Below, piece by piece: positions 9,249-16,472 of a stretch of DNA of 64,000 nt (position 1 is its first letter; the number at the start of each line of letters is the position of its first letter). The translations under genes were made by a program, and so were the position numbers. Below the pieces are notes generated by a model. It did not search any database, was not told the DNA's origin, and saw only the letters and a list, made by a program, of their open reading frames with translations. Source of the DNA: Candidatus Omnitrophota bacterium (GTDB lineage: Bacteria > Omnitrophota > Gorgyraeia > Gygaellales > Profunditerraquicolaceae); the NCBI GenBank assembly GCA_016867115.1, contig VGKG01000002.1, positions 70,449 through 134,448 on the forward strand. Direction: 5' to 3'.

Positions 9249-9381
9249 GAAAAAAGTAAGCCTCGCCGCAGTCATAACGCACTGGTTCACTTATCACCCC
9301 TGGCTTAAAGCAATCGCCTTATTTCTGGCGGTTATCGTGTGGTTTTACGTGCGTTATGAGATCGGACGCTTCAATTATTAA
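9241..9381 (+). CDS. 46-aa single-TM peptide in the position normally occupied by CdaR/YbbR. Possible truncated cdaR remnant.
   Basis: Its ATG overlaps the cdaA stop. The product MPRKKVSLAAVITHWFTYHPWLKAIALFLAVIVWFYV... resembles only the N-terminal membrane anchor of CdaR. No YbbR repeats follow. Confidence 0.25.
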   Translation: MPRKKVSLAAVITHWFTYHPWLKAIALFLAVIVWFYVRYEIGRFNY

Positions 9382-9383
9382 AG

Positions 9384-10097
9384 ATGAAACTCGGCGTAAA
9401 CATAGACCACGTAGCGACTCTGCGGCAGGCGCGCCGCGGGGTCGAACCGGAGCCGGTACTGGCAGCATTGGTCTGCGAAGCAGCCGGCGCGGATTCGATC
9501 GTGGTACACCTGCGGGAGGACCGCCGCCATATCAGGGAGCAGGATCTCTTTCTCTTAAAGAAGGCAATTAGGACTAGGCTGAATCTTGAGATGTCTGTGT
9601 CAAAGGAGATAGTCGGTATCGCCTGTGAGGCAAGGCCCGGTCAGGCGACCCTGGTGCCGGAGAAGAGGCAGGAGCTGACTACCGAAGGCGGGCTTGACGT
9701 GACCGGGAATTTCAAAAGGATACAAAGGGCTATGGAGAGTCTGGAAAAAAACGGCATCGGAGTCAGCCTTTTTATTGATCCGGATAAAAGGCAGATAAGG
9801 GCGGCAAAAGAGCTTGGCGCGAAGATGCTTGAATTGCACACCGGCAGGTTCGCCGAGGCAAAGACCATGAAACTGCAGGACGGGTTTTTCCGCCAAATCC
9901 GGGAAGCCGCGCGCTTTGCAAAGGCCGAGGGCTTTAAAGTCTTTGCCGGCCATGGCCTGAATTATGATAATGTCGCCAGGATCGCAGGCATTAGGGAGAT
10001 CGAGGAACTGAACATAGGCTATTCTATTATCTGTCGTGCTCTCTTTGCGGGTTTAGGCAGGGCGGTGCGGGAGATGAGGGAACTGATCGGGGATTAG
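9384..10097 (+). CDS. pdxJ: Pyridoxine 5'-phosphate synthase.
   Basis: N-terminal MKLGVNIDHVATLRQAR is the canonical PdxJ signature. Confidence 0.9.
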   Translation: MKLGVNIDHVATLRQARRGVEPEPVLAALVCEAAGADSIVVHLREDRRHIREQDLFLLKKAIRTRLNLEMSVSKEIVGIACEARPGQATLVPEKRQELTTEGGLDVTGNFKRIQRAMESLEKNGIGVSLFIDPDKRQIRAAKELGAKMLELHTGRFAEAKTMKLQDGFFRQIREAARFAKAEGFKVFAGHGLNYDNVARIAGIREIEELNIGYSIICRALFAGLGRAVREMRELIGD

Positions 10098-10098
10098 G

Positions 10099-10455
10099 AT
10101 GATTTTGGGCACGGGCGTGGATATAACCGAGGTGCGCAGGCTCCGGCAGGCGGTAGAGAAATGGGGCAGGTCGTTTTTAGATCGCGTCTTCACCCGGGAA
10201 GAGCTGGAAAACGCCAAGTCGCGCGGCAGCCTCTATCAGCACCTGGCCGGAAGGTTCGCGGCTAAGGAAGCGGTCTTCAAGGCCCTGGGTGACCCGAAAC
10301 TTACCTGGCAGGATGTCCAGGTCCTCAATGATAAAGAGGGCCGGCCTCTTTGCCGGATAAAAAAACCCGGATCCGCTAAGTTAGAGGTGCACATCTCCAT
10401 CTCGCATGTAAAAAATTATGCGGTTGCCAACGCGGTTATTATCCAGAAGGCCTAA
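10099..10455 (+). CDS. acpS: Holo-[acyl-carrier-protein] synthase.
   Basis: MILGTGVDITEVRRL N-terminus and a length of 118 aa. Confidence 0.9.
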   Translation: MILGTGVDITEVRRLRQAVEKWGRSFLDRVFTREELENAKSRGSLYQHLAGRFAAKEAVFKALGDPKLTWQDVQVLNDKEGRPLCRIKKPGSAKLEVHISISHVKNYAVANAVIIQKA

Positions 10456-11284
10456 CGCGTCAAAAGGCGATTTCGGCCACATCCTGATCCTGGCGGGTTC
10501 GGCGAGATTTTCCGGGGCTGCTGCCCTTTGCGCCGAGGCGGCGCTGCGTTCCGGCAGCGGCCTGGTGACCCTTGCGCTCCCCGGCAGCCTTAATAGCGCG
10601 ATGATCAGGATAAAGTCCAAAGAGGTAATGACTCTGCCTCTGCCGGAGACAAAAGAAGGCGGGGTGAGCCTCTCAGCCTTCAAGGATCTTAAGGATTTTG
10701 CGGAAAATGCTGACATCGTGGCGCTGGGGCCCGGGCTTGGCCGCGATAAATCTACTCAGGCCCTGGTGCGTAAGATTGTATCCGGCTTAGATAAGCCTAT
10801 GGTCATTGACGCGGATGGCCTGAATGCATTAGCCGGCCGCCTGGATTTACTAAGAGCCAAGAGCCGTGAGCCAAGAGCAATACGTATATTGACCCCTCAT
10901 CCCGGAGAAATGGCCAGGCTCCTGGGTGCGACCGTAAGGAAGGTGCAGGCTGCAAGGAAAGAGATAGCCTCAGGGTTTGCCAAAGCATACAAAGTAACTC
11001 TGGTTTTAAAGGGGTTTCAAACCGTGGTTGCGGACTACCGGGGCAGAGCCTACCTAAATAAGACCGGTAACCCCGGGATGAGCACTGCGGGAAGCGGAGA
11101 TGTGCTCACCGGCATGATCGCGGCATTTGCAGGCCAGGGCCTGGATGCGTTTGATGCGGCTAAGTTTGGCGTTTATCTGCACGGCCTGGCCGGCGATTTG
11201 GCTGCTCAGGAAAAGACGCAAATTTCCTTGATTGCCTCGGATATTATTGGTAAAATCCCTGAGGCGATCAAGAGGTGCGGATAG
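10418..11284 (+). CDS. nnrD: ADP-dependent (S)-NAD(P)H-hydrate dehydratase (YjeF C-terminal / carbohydrate-kinase-like domain).
   Basis: KGDFGHILILAGS...GAAAL N-terminal motif and GSGDVLTGMIAAFAGQG near the C-terminus. Confidence 0.8.
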   Translation: MRLPTRLLSRRPNASKGDFGHILILAGSARFSGAAALCAEAALRSGSGLVTLALPGSLNSAMIRIKSKEVMTLPLPETKEGGVSLSAFKDLKDFAENADIVALGPGLGRDKSTQALVRKIVSGLDKPMVIDADGLNALAGRLDLLRAKSREPRAIRILTPHPGEMARLLGATVRKVQAARKEIASGFAKAYKVTLVLKGFQTVVADYRGRAYLNKTGNPGMSTAGSGDVLTGMIAAFAGQGLDAFDAAKFGVYLHGLAGDLAAQEKTQISLIASDIIGKIPEAIKRCG

Positions 11285-11292
11285 GTAGCGAC

Positions 11293-11368
11293 GCCGGCGT
11301 AGCTCAGCAGGCAGAGCAGCGGTTTTGTAAACCGCGGGTCGGGGGTTCGATTCCCTTCGCCGGCTCCA
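11293..11368 (+). tRNA. tRNA-Thr (anticodon TGT) with encoded CCA.
   Basis: Acceptor GCCGGCG/CGCCGGC, D-arm GCTC-AGCAGGCA-GAGC, anticodon stem-loop GCGGT-TTTGTAA-ACCGC, T-arm GGGGG-TTCGATT-CCCTT. Confidence 0.85.
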
Positions 11369-11376
11369 TAAAAGCT

Positions 11377-12048
11377 ATGAACAGGAGAAAATTGGATCTG
11401 AATAGAATAAAACATCTTTATTGGGGGCGAAAGCTTAGTGTGGAAGAGACCGCCAAGAAACTAGGCATCTCCGCATGGTCTTTATATGGCTTAATGCAAA
11501 AGAATAATATTCCCCGCCGTCTGCATTCTGAGGCCGGTTATTTGGCAAATAAGAATAAGCCGGCATTTGAGATCAGGATGGATCTTGATTACGTAGACGA
11601 AAGATTAAAAATCGCCGGATGCATGCTTTATTGGGCCGAAGGTTCGTTTAGTACTAATTTTGTCGATTTTACGAATAGCAATCCCGAGATGATAAAATTG
11701 TTTTTGTGTTTTTTAAGGGAAATCTGCGGTGTAAAAGAAGAGAGGTTAAGGGTTTATTTATATGCTTATAGCGCAGAGAATCTCGAGGCAATTAAACGAT
11801 ATTGGCAAAAGATTACGGGGATACCGGGTAGGCAATTTACAAAACCTTATATAAGAAGGCCTGTTCAGAATCTTACTAAAAGAAAATTACCGCAAGGTTT
11901 AGTGCATATTCGTTATAACGATAAGCGCCTGTTGGAAATTTTGAAAATTTGGATTGAAGAATACGTTCAATGGGCAGGTACCCAAGTGGCCAAAGGGGGC
12001 AGACTGTCAAAGGGCAGCGTTCTATCGAAAGGTAGAATGGAAAAGTAG
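11377..12048 (+). CDS. Putative homing endonuclease with an N-terminal helix-turn-helix and a degenerate single LAGLIDADG-like motif (IAGCMLYWAEGSF).
   Basis: Start is placed at MNRRKLDL, because the track start at 11275 lies inside tRNA-Thr. The HTH segment is LSVEETAKKLGISAWSLYGLMQKNNIP. The motif xAGxxxxxAEGSF is followed by a hydrophobic core typical of LAGLIDADG enzymes. The last ~25 codons read through tRNA-Tyr exon 1 and the start of the intron. Confidence 0.4.
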   Translation: MNRRKLDLNRIKHLYWGRKLSVEETAKKLGISAWSLYGLMQKNNIPRRLHSEAGYLANKNKPAFEIRMDLDYVDERLKIAGCMLYWAEGSFSTNFVDFTNSNPEMIKLFLCFLREICGVKEERLRVYLYAYSAENLEAIKRYWQKITGIPGRQFTKPYIRRPVQNLTKRKLPQGLVHIRYNDKRLLEILKIWIEEYVQWAGTQVAKGGRLSKGSVLSKGRMEK

Positions 12049-12250
12049 GTGAATTCAGGGAAGCCCCGGCGCTGCCGGGGTAATCCTGAGCGAAGTTCCG
12101 AGCAAAACGAGGAAAACGTGCAGAGACTAAGCGCCTACCGCCTAAAGCTAAAAGCCAAGGCGATGAGATAGTCCAAGCCTTAAGGTAACTTAAGGGCACT
12201 TGAAATCTGCTGCACTTGTGCTTCAGAGGTTCGAATCCTCTCCTGCCCAT
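11972..12250 (+). tRNA. tRNA-Tyr (anticodon GTA) split by a group I intron between anticodon-loop positions 35 and 36. Exon 1 is about 11972-12007 and exon 2 about 12203-12250.
   Basis: Exon 1 GGGCAGGTACCCAAGTGGCCAAAGGGGGCAGACTGT aligns closely with bacterial tRNA-Tyr: D-arm CCCGAGCGGCCAAAGGG and anticodon stem GCAGA. Exon 2 AAATCTGC completes the loop CTGT|AAA and the stem TCTGC, followed by a long variable arm, T-loop GGTTCGAATCC and acceptor CCTGCCC complementary to GGGCAGG. The T-stem/acceptor junction runs through a (CCT)3 tract and is 1-2 nt off canonical. Confidence 0.55.
12008..12202 (+). ncRNA. Group I self-splicing intron (~195 nt) within tRNA-Tyr.
   Basis: Exon 1 ends in U and the intron ends in G (CACTTG|AAAT). 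An internal guide-like GCAG lies right after the 5' splice site. The R-like element GTGCAGAGACTAAGCGCC is at 12118-12135 and the S-like element GAGATAGTCC at 12165-12174. GACTA/TAGTC can form P7. The size resembles small tRNA introns such as Azoarcus tRNA-Ile (~205 nt). Confidence 0.55.
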
Positions 12251-12610
12251 TTTGAAAATCCCGACAAGGGATTTTCAAAATGCACAAAGTGAGCGTTAAA
12301 AGCCCCGACAAGGGGCTTAGCGAACGGCGTGCGTACATCAAATATAATCCCGACAAGGGATTTTCAAAATGCACAAAGTGAGCGTTAAAAGCCCCGACAA
12401 GGGGCTTAGCGAACGGCGTGCGTACATCAAATATAATCCCGACAAGGGATTTTCAAAATGCACAGAGTGAGCGTTAAACGGCCCGACAAGGGGCTTAGCG
12501 AACGGCGTGCGTACATCAAATATAATCCCGACAAGGGATTTTCAAAATGCACAAAGTGAGCGTTAAAAGCCCCGACAAGGGGCTTAGCGAACGGCGTGCG
12601 TACATCAAAT
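12251..12610 (+). repeat. Tandem array of four 88-89-bp units. Each unit holds two hairpins with a CCC-GACAA-GGG core (stems up to 13 bp in copy 1) and a TATAAT box.
   Basis: Unit AATCCCGACAAGGGATTTTCAAAATGCACAAAGTGAGCGTTAAAAGCCCCGACAAGGGGCTTAGCGAACGGCGTGCGTACATCAAATAT repeats at 12258, 12347, 12436 and 12524. Copy 3 has small variants. The array ends at the RBS of the gene at 12622. Confidence 0.9.
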
Positions 12611-12621
12611 AGGAGGTTCCT

Positions 12622-13527
12622 ATGTCAAAAAAGAAGGTCATTATCTGGGTCATCGTAGCAATAGTTTTAGTTGTCCTGGGATTGTCTATCCTGGTCGCCG
12701 CTTTTGCGCCGAGCTTAAGGATGGGGTCTGCCGCAAGATATAAAGCTGACGCGGATTATTATGGCGAACAGTATTCACTTGCTCCCGAGTCTGCTGTCGG
12801 AGGGGCGCAGTACATGGCGCCGGCAAAGGCGATGGCCAAGCAGGCTCAGGCAGCGCCCTCGGTAAGAAAGCTTATCCGCAGGGCAGAATTGGATCTTGAA
12901 GTAAAATACTGCGATGAGACAGCAAAGAAGATAACTGATCTGGTCAACAGTTATTCCGGGATCATTATTGATGCCCAGATCCAGAAAGCGCCCAATGAAG
13001 CAAAGAGGGGCCAGACTATCCTGAAGGTCCTGCCCAAGGATTTTGATACGGTGCTGTTGAAATTAAAGGAGTTGGGAAAGGTGAACTCAGAGAGGGTCAC
13101 CGCAGAAGACGTCACCGAAGAATACGTAGACCTGGAGGCAAGGCTCAAGAATGCCAAGGCGGTTAAAGACAGGCTTATGGCGATCCTGCAGGATAAGGCG
13201 CGCACGGTCAAGGACATCCTGGAAGTCGAGCGGGAATTATACCGGGTAGGCGAGGAAATAGAGCGGATCGAGGGCAGGATGAAGTTCCTTGACCGCCAGG
13301 TGGATCTGGCTACCATTACCGTTAACTACTACGAACCGAAGGCTATAGCGCCGGAACCTTTGAATGTTTTTGAGCGGTTCAAGAAGACCGTCCGCCTCTC
13401 TATTGAGGTTTTTATCAACGTTTTCAATGCCGCGATCGTAGTCATTTTTGCCCTTATCCCGGTCTTCTTGTGGCTGGGCATCATCGTGGCGGTCGTGGTG
13501 TTGGTCAGGAAGTTCTTCAGAAAATAG
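12622..13527 (+). CDS. Membrane-anchored coiled-coil protein with N- and C-terminal TM helices, possibly DUF4349-like.
   Basis: N-terminal TM (IWVIVAIVLVVLGLSILVAAF), a central coiled coil (EDVTEEYVDLEARLKNAKAVKDRL...) and a C-terminal TM. The DUF assignment is from memory only. Confidence 0.35.
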   Translation: MSKKKVIIWVIVAIVLVVLGLSILVAAFAPSLRMGSAARYKADADYYGEQYSLAPESAVGGAQYMAPAKAMAKQAQAAPSVRKLIRRAELDLEVKYCDETAKKITDLVNSYSGIIIDAQIQKAPNEAKRGQTILKVLPKDFDTVLLKLKELGKVNSERVTAEDVTEEYVDLEARLKNAKAVKDRLMAILQDKARTVKDILEVERELYRVGEEIERIEGRMKFLDRQVDLATITVNYYEPKAIAPEPLNVFERFKKTVRLSIEVFINVFNAAIVVIFALIPVFLWLGIIVAVVVLVRKFFRK

Positions 13528-13538
13528 AGTAGTGCCGC

Positions 13539-13609
13539 GCGGGTGTAGTTCAATGGCAGAACAATAGCCTTCCAAGCTATATATGTCGGTTCGATTCCGA
13601 TCACCCGCT
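13539..13609 (+). tRNA. tRNA-Gly (anticodon TCC), CCA not encoded.
   Basis: Acceptor GCGGGTG/CACCCGC, D-arm GTTC-AATGGCA-GAAC, anticodon stem-loop ATAGC-CTTCCAA-GCTAT, T-arm GTCGG-TTCGATT-CCGAT. Confidence 0.8.
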
Positions 13610-13738
13610 TAAATGAGCAGACACTTTACGGAGCGAGAAAAAGGAGCGAACGTAAAGTGTAGCCAAGTCGATTATTCACTGTTGGCGTCTGCGAATTTAC
13701 ATCGCCATAGCTTACTAGAGGCGATGGACTAAGTAATT

Positions 13739-14491
13739 ATGAAAAATCGCGAATTCTTAGAGCCCGTTTTCATCGATGCCTTTGACCTGGACGATGCCTG
13801 GTTTCAGTGCCTATCGGCGATCCTGGAAAAAGGGCATGTCTACACTATCACCAAAGGCAGCTATGAAGGCCAGAAACGCCTGGAATTCGATTTCGTAGCG
13901 GTGCGCGTGAAAAAGCCGTCGCATCAGATCATACCCATAATCCCGGAAGGGATGAGCATCCCGGCGCCGACGGACATGGATTACATCCAGGGCTACCTAG
14001 GGTATCTGTTGACCGGGGCCAAGACCGAGACAGAAGACTATACTTACGGAGAAAGGCTGGTCGACCCCAAGGTCAGGATAAAGCAGGCGGAGGACGGCAA
14101 AGACCTGGTCAGGGAGATGCCGCTTCAGGTGAATCAGGTCGAAGAGGTGATCAGGCTTTATAAAGAGAAGGGGCACGGCACTAATCAGGCGACGATGGAG
14201 ATCGGGATGCCTTCGGATATTAAGCTGGTAGATCCTCCGTGTCTGCGCATCATCGATACCCGCGTGCGTTACGGAAAGTTGCATTTTATTCTTTATTTCC
14301 GTTCTTGGGACCTGTGGGGCGGATTTCCCTCAAACCTTGGCGGATTGCAGTTGGTAAAGCAATACATGGCGGATGAGATCGGCGTGGAGGACGGCGAGAT
14401 CGTCGCCGTCAGCAAGGGCTTGCACCTCTATGATTATTCCTGGGAACTGGCGAAACTGCGCACTAATAAGATGCACCTCAAGATTCAATGA
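13739..14491 (+). CDS. Divergent thymidylate synthase family protein (ThyA fold; resembles archaeal/methanogen-type ThyA or dCMP hydroxymethylase-like enzymes).
   Basis: The C-terminal half, PPCLRIIDTRVRYGKLHFILYFRSWDLWGGFPSNLGGLQL, aligns with the ThyA core [37 protein letters not shown], so the active-site Cys is retained. The N-terminal half is strongly diverged. Confidence 0.5.
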   Translation: MKNREFLEPVFIDAFDLDDAWFQCLSAILEKGHVYTITKGSYEGQKRLEFDFVAVRVKKPSHQIIPIIPEGMSIPAPTDMDYIQGYLGYLLTGAKTETEDYTYGERLVDPKVRIKQAEDGKDLVREMPLQVNQVEEVIRLYKEKGHGTNQATMEIGMPSDIKLVDPPCLRIIDTRVRYGKLHFILYFRSWDLWGGFPSNLGGLQLVKQYMADEIGVEDGEIVAVSKGLHLYDYSWELAKLRTNKMHLKIQ

Positions 14492-14892
14492 GAAGCCTGT
14501 CCTTTAAGGGTAAAGAGCGCAGGCGGTTCGAGAGGCTGGAGCATGTCAGGCCGCTGGCTTTTAAGGTCTGCAAGAGAAAGACCGTCTCCAGGATCTTGAG
14601 GGGCTATACCTCGAATATCAGCCAGTCAGGGTTGCTTTGCAACATCAGGGATAGGGTGCGCAAAGACGATATCCTCTGGCTTTCTTTTGACCGTGCCACT
14701 CTGGAGTTCTGCGGAGGCCTTGAGAAGAAGGCGTTGATTTATCAAAACGGCATTATTGCAAAGGTGATCAGAAGCGTAAAAAAGCCGGACGGCAGTTCGG
14801 ACGTGGGGTTGCATTTTATTACGCGGGAAGAGAAGAACCTCTCGCATATTTATCCGCGGGTGAAGTTTACGGTAAGGCCTAAAAATGTCTAG
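14488..14892 (+). CDS. PilZ domain protein (putative c-di-GMP binding).
   Basis: RxxxR (RRRFERL) and N/DxSxxG (NISQSGL) motifs. ATGA overlap with the upstream gene. Confidence 0.55.
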   Translation: MRSLSFKGKERRRFERLEHVRPLAFKVCKRKTVSRILRGYTSNISQSGLLCNIRDRVRKDDILWLSFDRATLEFCGGLEKKALIYQNGIIAKVIRSVKKPDGSSDVGLHFITREEKNLSHIYPRVKFTVRPKNV

Positions 14893-15883
14893 ATCCGGTA
14901 TCGCTATACTCGGGGACGGCGGCTGGGGCACAACGCTGGCCCTGCTGCTGCATAAAAAAAAATTCAGCCTGACTCTCTGGAGCGCGTTCAAAGATTACTC
15001 CCGTTATCTTGACAGGGCAAGAGTAAATAAAAAGTTTTTGCCGGGGATAAAGATCCCCCGCGGCATCAGCATTACCGACGACCTTCAGGCAGCGGTCTCA
15101 GGCAAGGATCTGATTGTCCTGGCTGTGCCTGCGCAGTACATCCGTTCAGTCCTGAAGAGAATCAAGCCCGGAGATCACCTGCGGGATGCCTCATTTTTGA
15201 GCGTAAGCAAGGGGATCGAGGTGGGCACCCTGAGGCGCGTCTCCCAGATAGTCCATGAGGAACTGGGCAATGTGCGGCTGGCTGTCTTGTCCGGGCCTAC
15301 GATCGCCCACGAGGTCGCCCTGGGTATCCCCACTACAGCGGTGATCGCTGCGGCTGATCCGTGTTTAAGAAGGCACCTTCAGGGGGTCTTCATGGCCGAA
15401 AGATTCAGGGTCTATACCAATGAGGACGTCGTGGGGGTGGAGCTGGGCGGCAGCCTTAAGAACGTGATCGCCATCGCCTGCGGCATCTCAGACGGGCTGA
15501 AGTTCGGCACTAATGCCAAGGCTGCCATCCTTTCGCGCGGCCTGGTTGAGATCTCCCGTCTTGGCCATGCCATGGGCGCTAAGGTGAGCACCTTTTACGG
15601 AATAAGCGGGTTGGGGGATCTGGTGACTACCTGTATCAGCCCTTACAGCAGGAACAGGTTTGTCGGAGAGCAGGTCGGCCGCGGCAAGGCTTTGAAAGAG
15701 GTTCAGCTGCATATGCAGATGGTGGCAGAAGGTATCCCCACCACAAAATCCGCCTATTCTTTAAGCCTGAAATATAAAGTTGATATGCCGATCACCCGGG
15801 AAGTCTACCAAGTTCTTTATAAGAATAAGCCCCCCCTCAAGGCGGTAAAGGACCTGATGACCAGGGAGGGGAAAGAGGAATAG
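14885..15883 (+). CDS. gpsA: NAD(P)H-dependent glycerol-3-phosphate dehydrogenase.
   Basis: IAILGDGGWGTTLALLL N-terminal Rossmann motif and GLEVGGSLKNVIAIACGISDGL. Confidence 0.9.
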   Translation: MSRSGIAILGDGGWGTTLALLLHKKKFSLTLWSAFKDYSRYLDRARVNKKFLPGIKIPRGISITDDLQAAVSGKDLIVLAVPAQYIRSVLKRIKPGDHLRDASFLSVSKGIEVGTLRRVSQIVHEELGNVRLAVLSGPTIAHEVALGIPTTAVIAAADPCLRRHLQGVFMAERFRVYTNEDVVGVELGGSLKNVIAIACGISDGLKFGTNAKAAILSRGLVEISRLGHAMGAKVSTFYGISGLGDLVTTCISPYSRNRFVGEQVGRGKALKEVQLHMQMVAEGIPTTKSAYSLSLKYKVDMPITREVYQVLYKNKPPLKAVKDLMTREGKEE

Positions 15884-15895
15884 GGATATAAGTTT

Positions 15896-15970
15896 CGGGG
15901 CGTGGCTCAGTTTGGCTAGAGCGCTTGAATGGGGTTCAAGAGGTCGACAGTTCAAGTCTGTCCGCCCCGA
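15896..15970 (+). tRNA. tRNA-Pro (anticodon GGG), CCA not encoded.
   Basis: Acceptor CGGGGCG/CGCCCCG, D-arm GCTC-AGTTTGGCTA-GAGC, anticodon stem-loop CTTGA-ATGGGGT-TCAAG, T-arm GACAG-TTCAAGT-CTGTC. Confidence 0.75.
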
Positions 15971-15997
15971 TAAAATATAAAAAGAGGTCGACAGTTT

Positions 15998-16056
15998 CCC
16001 GCCAAGCGATTAAAATGAGGGCGGGATCCCGCCCAAGATTCAATTGGCTTGGCGGG
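15998..16056 (+). repeat. Nested inverted repeats. The outer arms are CCCGCCAAGC / GCTTGGCGGG and the inner hairpin is GGGCGGG-ATC-CCGCCC. Located between tRNA-Pro and the first of a PilZ gene pair.
   Basis: Read directly: outer arms at 15998-16007 and 16047-16056, inner palindrome at 16019-16034. Confidence 0.6.
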
Positions 16057-16097
16057 ACAAGTCCCACCTCCCCGACCACTTCTAAAAGAGGCGCAAT

Positions 16098-16472
16098 ATG
16101 TCGGAAGAAAAAAGAGAAGCTGTGCGCATCAAGAAAGCCATGGTAGTGATGTACAGCCGGGATAATAAGGCCTGGGACACCACGCTCTTAAGGGACATCA
16201 GCGAGAAGGGCCTGCAAATCACCGTTAAAGAAGAGATCGCCGAAAATGAGACGCTGTATCTGATGTTGAAGATCCCTTTCCGGCCGTTTGAGTGGCTGGA
16301 GTTCTCAGGCAGGGTCAGGAAGGCGCTGCATTTACTTACGGCAAAGGAGGATTCGGTTGCCGGCTCCTATATCGTACATATAGAGTTTGAAGGACTCAAA
16401 TCCGAATATAAAAAATTGATCCAAGAATACGTCGCTTGGTACATAAATAGTGCAAAAGGAGGCCAGAGATGA
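16098..16472 (+). CDS. PilZ domain protein.
   Basis: RxxxR (REAVRI) and DxSxxG (DISEKGL) motifs. Confidence 0.55.
   Translation: MSEEKREAVRIKKAMVVMYSRDNKAWDTTLLRDISEKGLQITVKEEIAENETLYLMLKIPFRPFEWLEFSGRVRKALHLLTAKEDSVAGSYIVHIEFEGLKSEYKKLIQEYVAWYINSAKGGQR

Noticed and set aside
11275-11376. ORF-track start of the homing-endonuclease-like ORF at 11275.
   Set aside because: The first ~30 codons are the translation of tRNA-Thr itself (11293-11368). The plausible start is the downstream ATG at 11377.
12060-12250. Possible tmRNA (ssrA): a tRNA-like 3' end with GGTTCGAATCC T-loop, and a GCAAAACGAGGAAAAC stretch resembling the E. coli tag-coding region GCAAACGACGAAAAC.
   Set aside because: No reading frame gives a tag ending in hydrophobic residues such as LAA. 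The 5' acceptor partner GGGCAGG is instead followed by a near-complete tRNA-Tyr 5' half, and group I R/S elements are present. The tRNA-Tyr plus intron interpretation explains all of it.
12251-12610. CRISPR array as an explanation for the four regularly spaced palindromic repeats.
   Set aside because: The 89-bp units are contiguous with no unique spacers between them and no cas genes or leader. It is a tandem array, not repeat-spacer architecture.
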